A stretch of DNA of 61,593 nt from Acetofilamentum sp. (GTDB taxonomy: Bacteria > CAIWAD01): NCBI GenBank assembly GCA_020726405.1, contig DYSB01000002.1, forward strand, positions 1 to 61,593, in the 5' to 3' direction. A program made the position numbers and the translations under genes. Of this stretch, positions 61,460 to 61,593 are shown in pieces. The first letter of the stretch is position 1. Each line of letters begins with the position of its first letter. The notes beneath the pieces were generated by a model. The model saw nothing but the letters and a program-made list of their open reading frames with translations, ran no database searches and was not told the origin of the DNA.

Positions 61460-61593
61460 TTAACGCAGCAGCGTGACGGTCCGAGTTTCTTGCCGCCCAC
61501 CCGCCTCCAGCGTGACCAAGTAGATCCCGCTGGCAATCCGCTCAGCCTGGAAGGGAACGAAGTGCGTGCCGGCAGGCAACGCGCCGTTCCGCA
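61460..61593 (-). CDS. 3' end of a gene encoding a T9SS type-A C-terminal domain; the rest lies outside the window
   Basis: Manual translation of the minus strand gives ...GTHFVPFQAERIASGIYLVTLEAGGRQETRTVTLLR, ending in a stop (TAA at 61462..61460). Confidence 0.7.
   Translation of the reverse strand, partial: RNGALPAGTHFVPFQAERIASGIYLVTLEAGGRQETRTVTLLR

Noticed and set aside
1-61593. CRISPR arrays, tRNA/rRNA genes, and transposase, integrase or phage genes.
   Set aside because: No evenly spaced direct repeats, cloverleaf-like intergenic sequences or recognisable mobile-element ORFs were seen in any intergenic region or frame.

Overview
The window is a visibly GC-rich bacterial chromosomal segment with about 41 protein-coding features. 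I saw no rRNA, tRNA, CRISPR array, transposase or integrase by eye. The many long alternate-frame and antisense ORFs in the track are GC artefacts.

Housekeeping genes present: pckA plus an aminotransferase, valS, recG-priA, a pepN / dCMP deaminase / DTW tRNA-modification operon, cca, msrB, and a fur-family regulator with gpx. A MacAB-type efflux operon is also present.

These are interleaved with an unusually dense set of exported peptidases:
- a gingipain-like C25 peptidase (10729-15084)
- an M14 carboxypeptidase (15165-18527)
- two tandem S8 subtilases (48303-50840 and 51105-55481)
- an M1 peptidase with a T9SS tail (57142-60120)
- a peptidase-MA-like protein (39833-40819)

Four proteins end in the PNPFNPxT...LLK type-A T9SS C-terminal domain. 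That suggests an FCB-superphylum-like or candidate-phylum organism, but no T9SS machinery lies in the window.

The observation I rate highest is that the four giant proteases belong to three catalytic classes yet share an accessory cassette and lack the T9SS tail. The cassette is jelly-roll, Ig, NIDO-like module, Ig, and a terminal FN3-like domain. It is complete in the C25, M14 and larger S8 proteins; the smaller S8 carries only the Ig / MAM-like jelly-roll / FN3 tail. A 46-nt identical DNA tract links two otherwise unrelated protease genes.

Other points worth a second look:
- a probable 1-nt frameshift at the 3' end of a TPR / zinc-ribbon-tail gene
- a 600-bp hairpin-rich intergenic region with a 99-nt imperfect palindrome and an orphan minus-strand terminator
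- a palindromic terminator stem that recurs at two loci
- an MFS gene remnant lying head to head with a six-heme membrane cytochrome
- a sensor kinase translationally coupled to a small ferredoxin
- an AT-rich patch upstream of recG

All family calls come from motif recognition in the translated ORFs. No searches were run.
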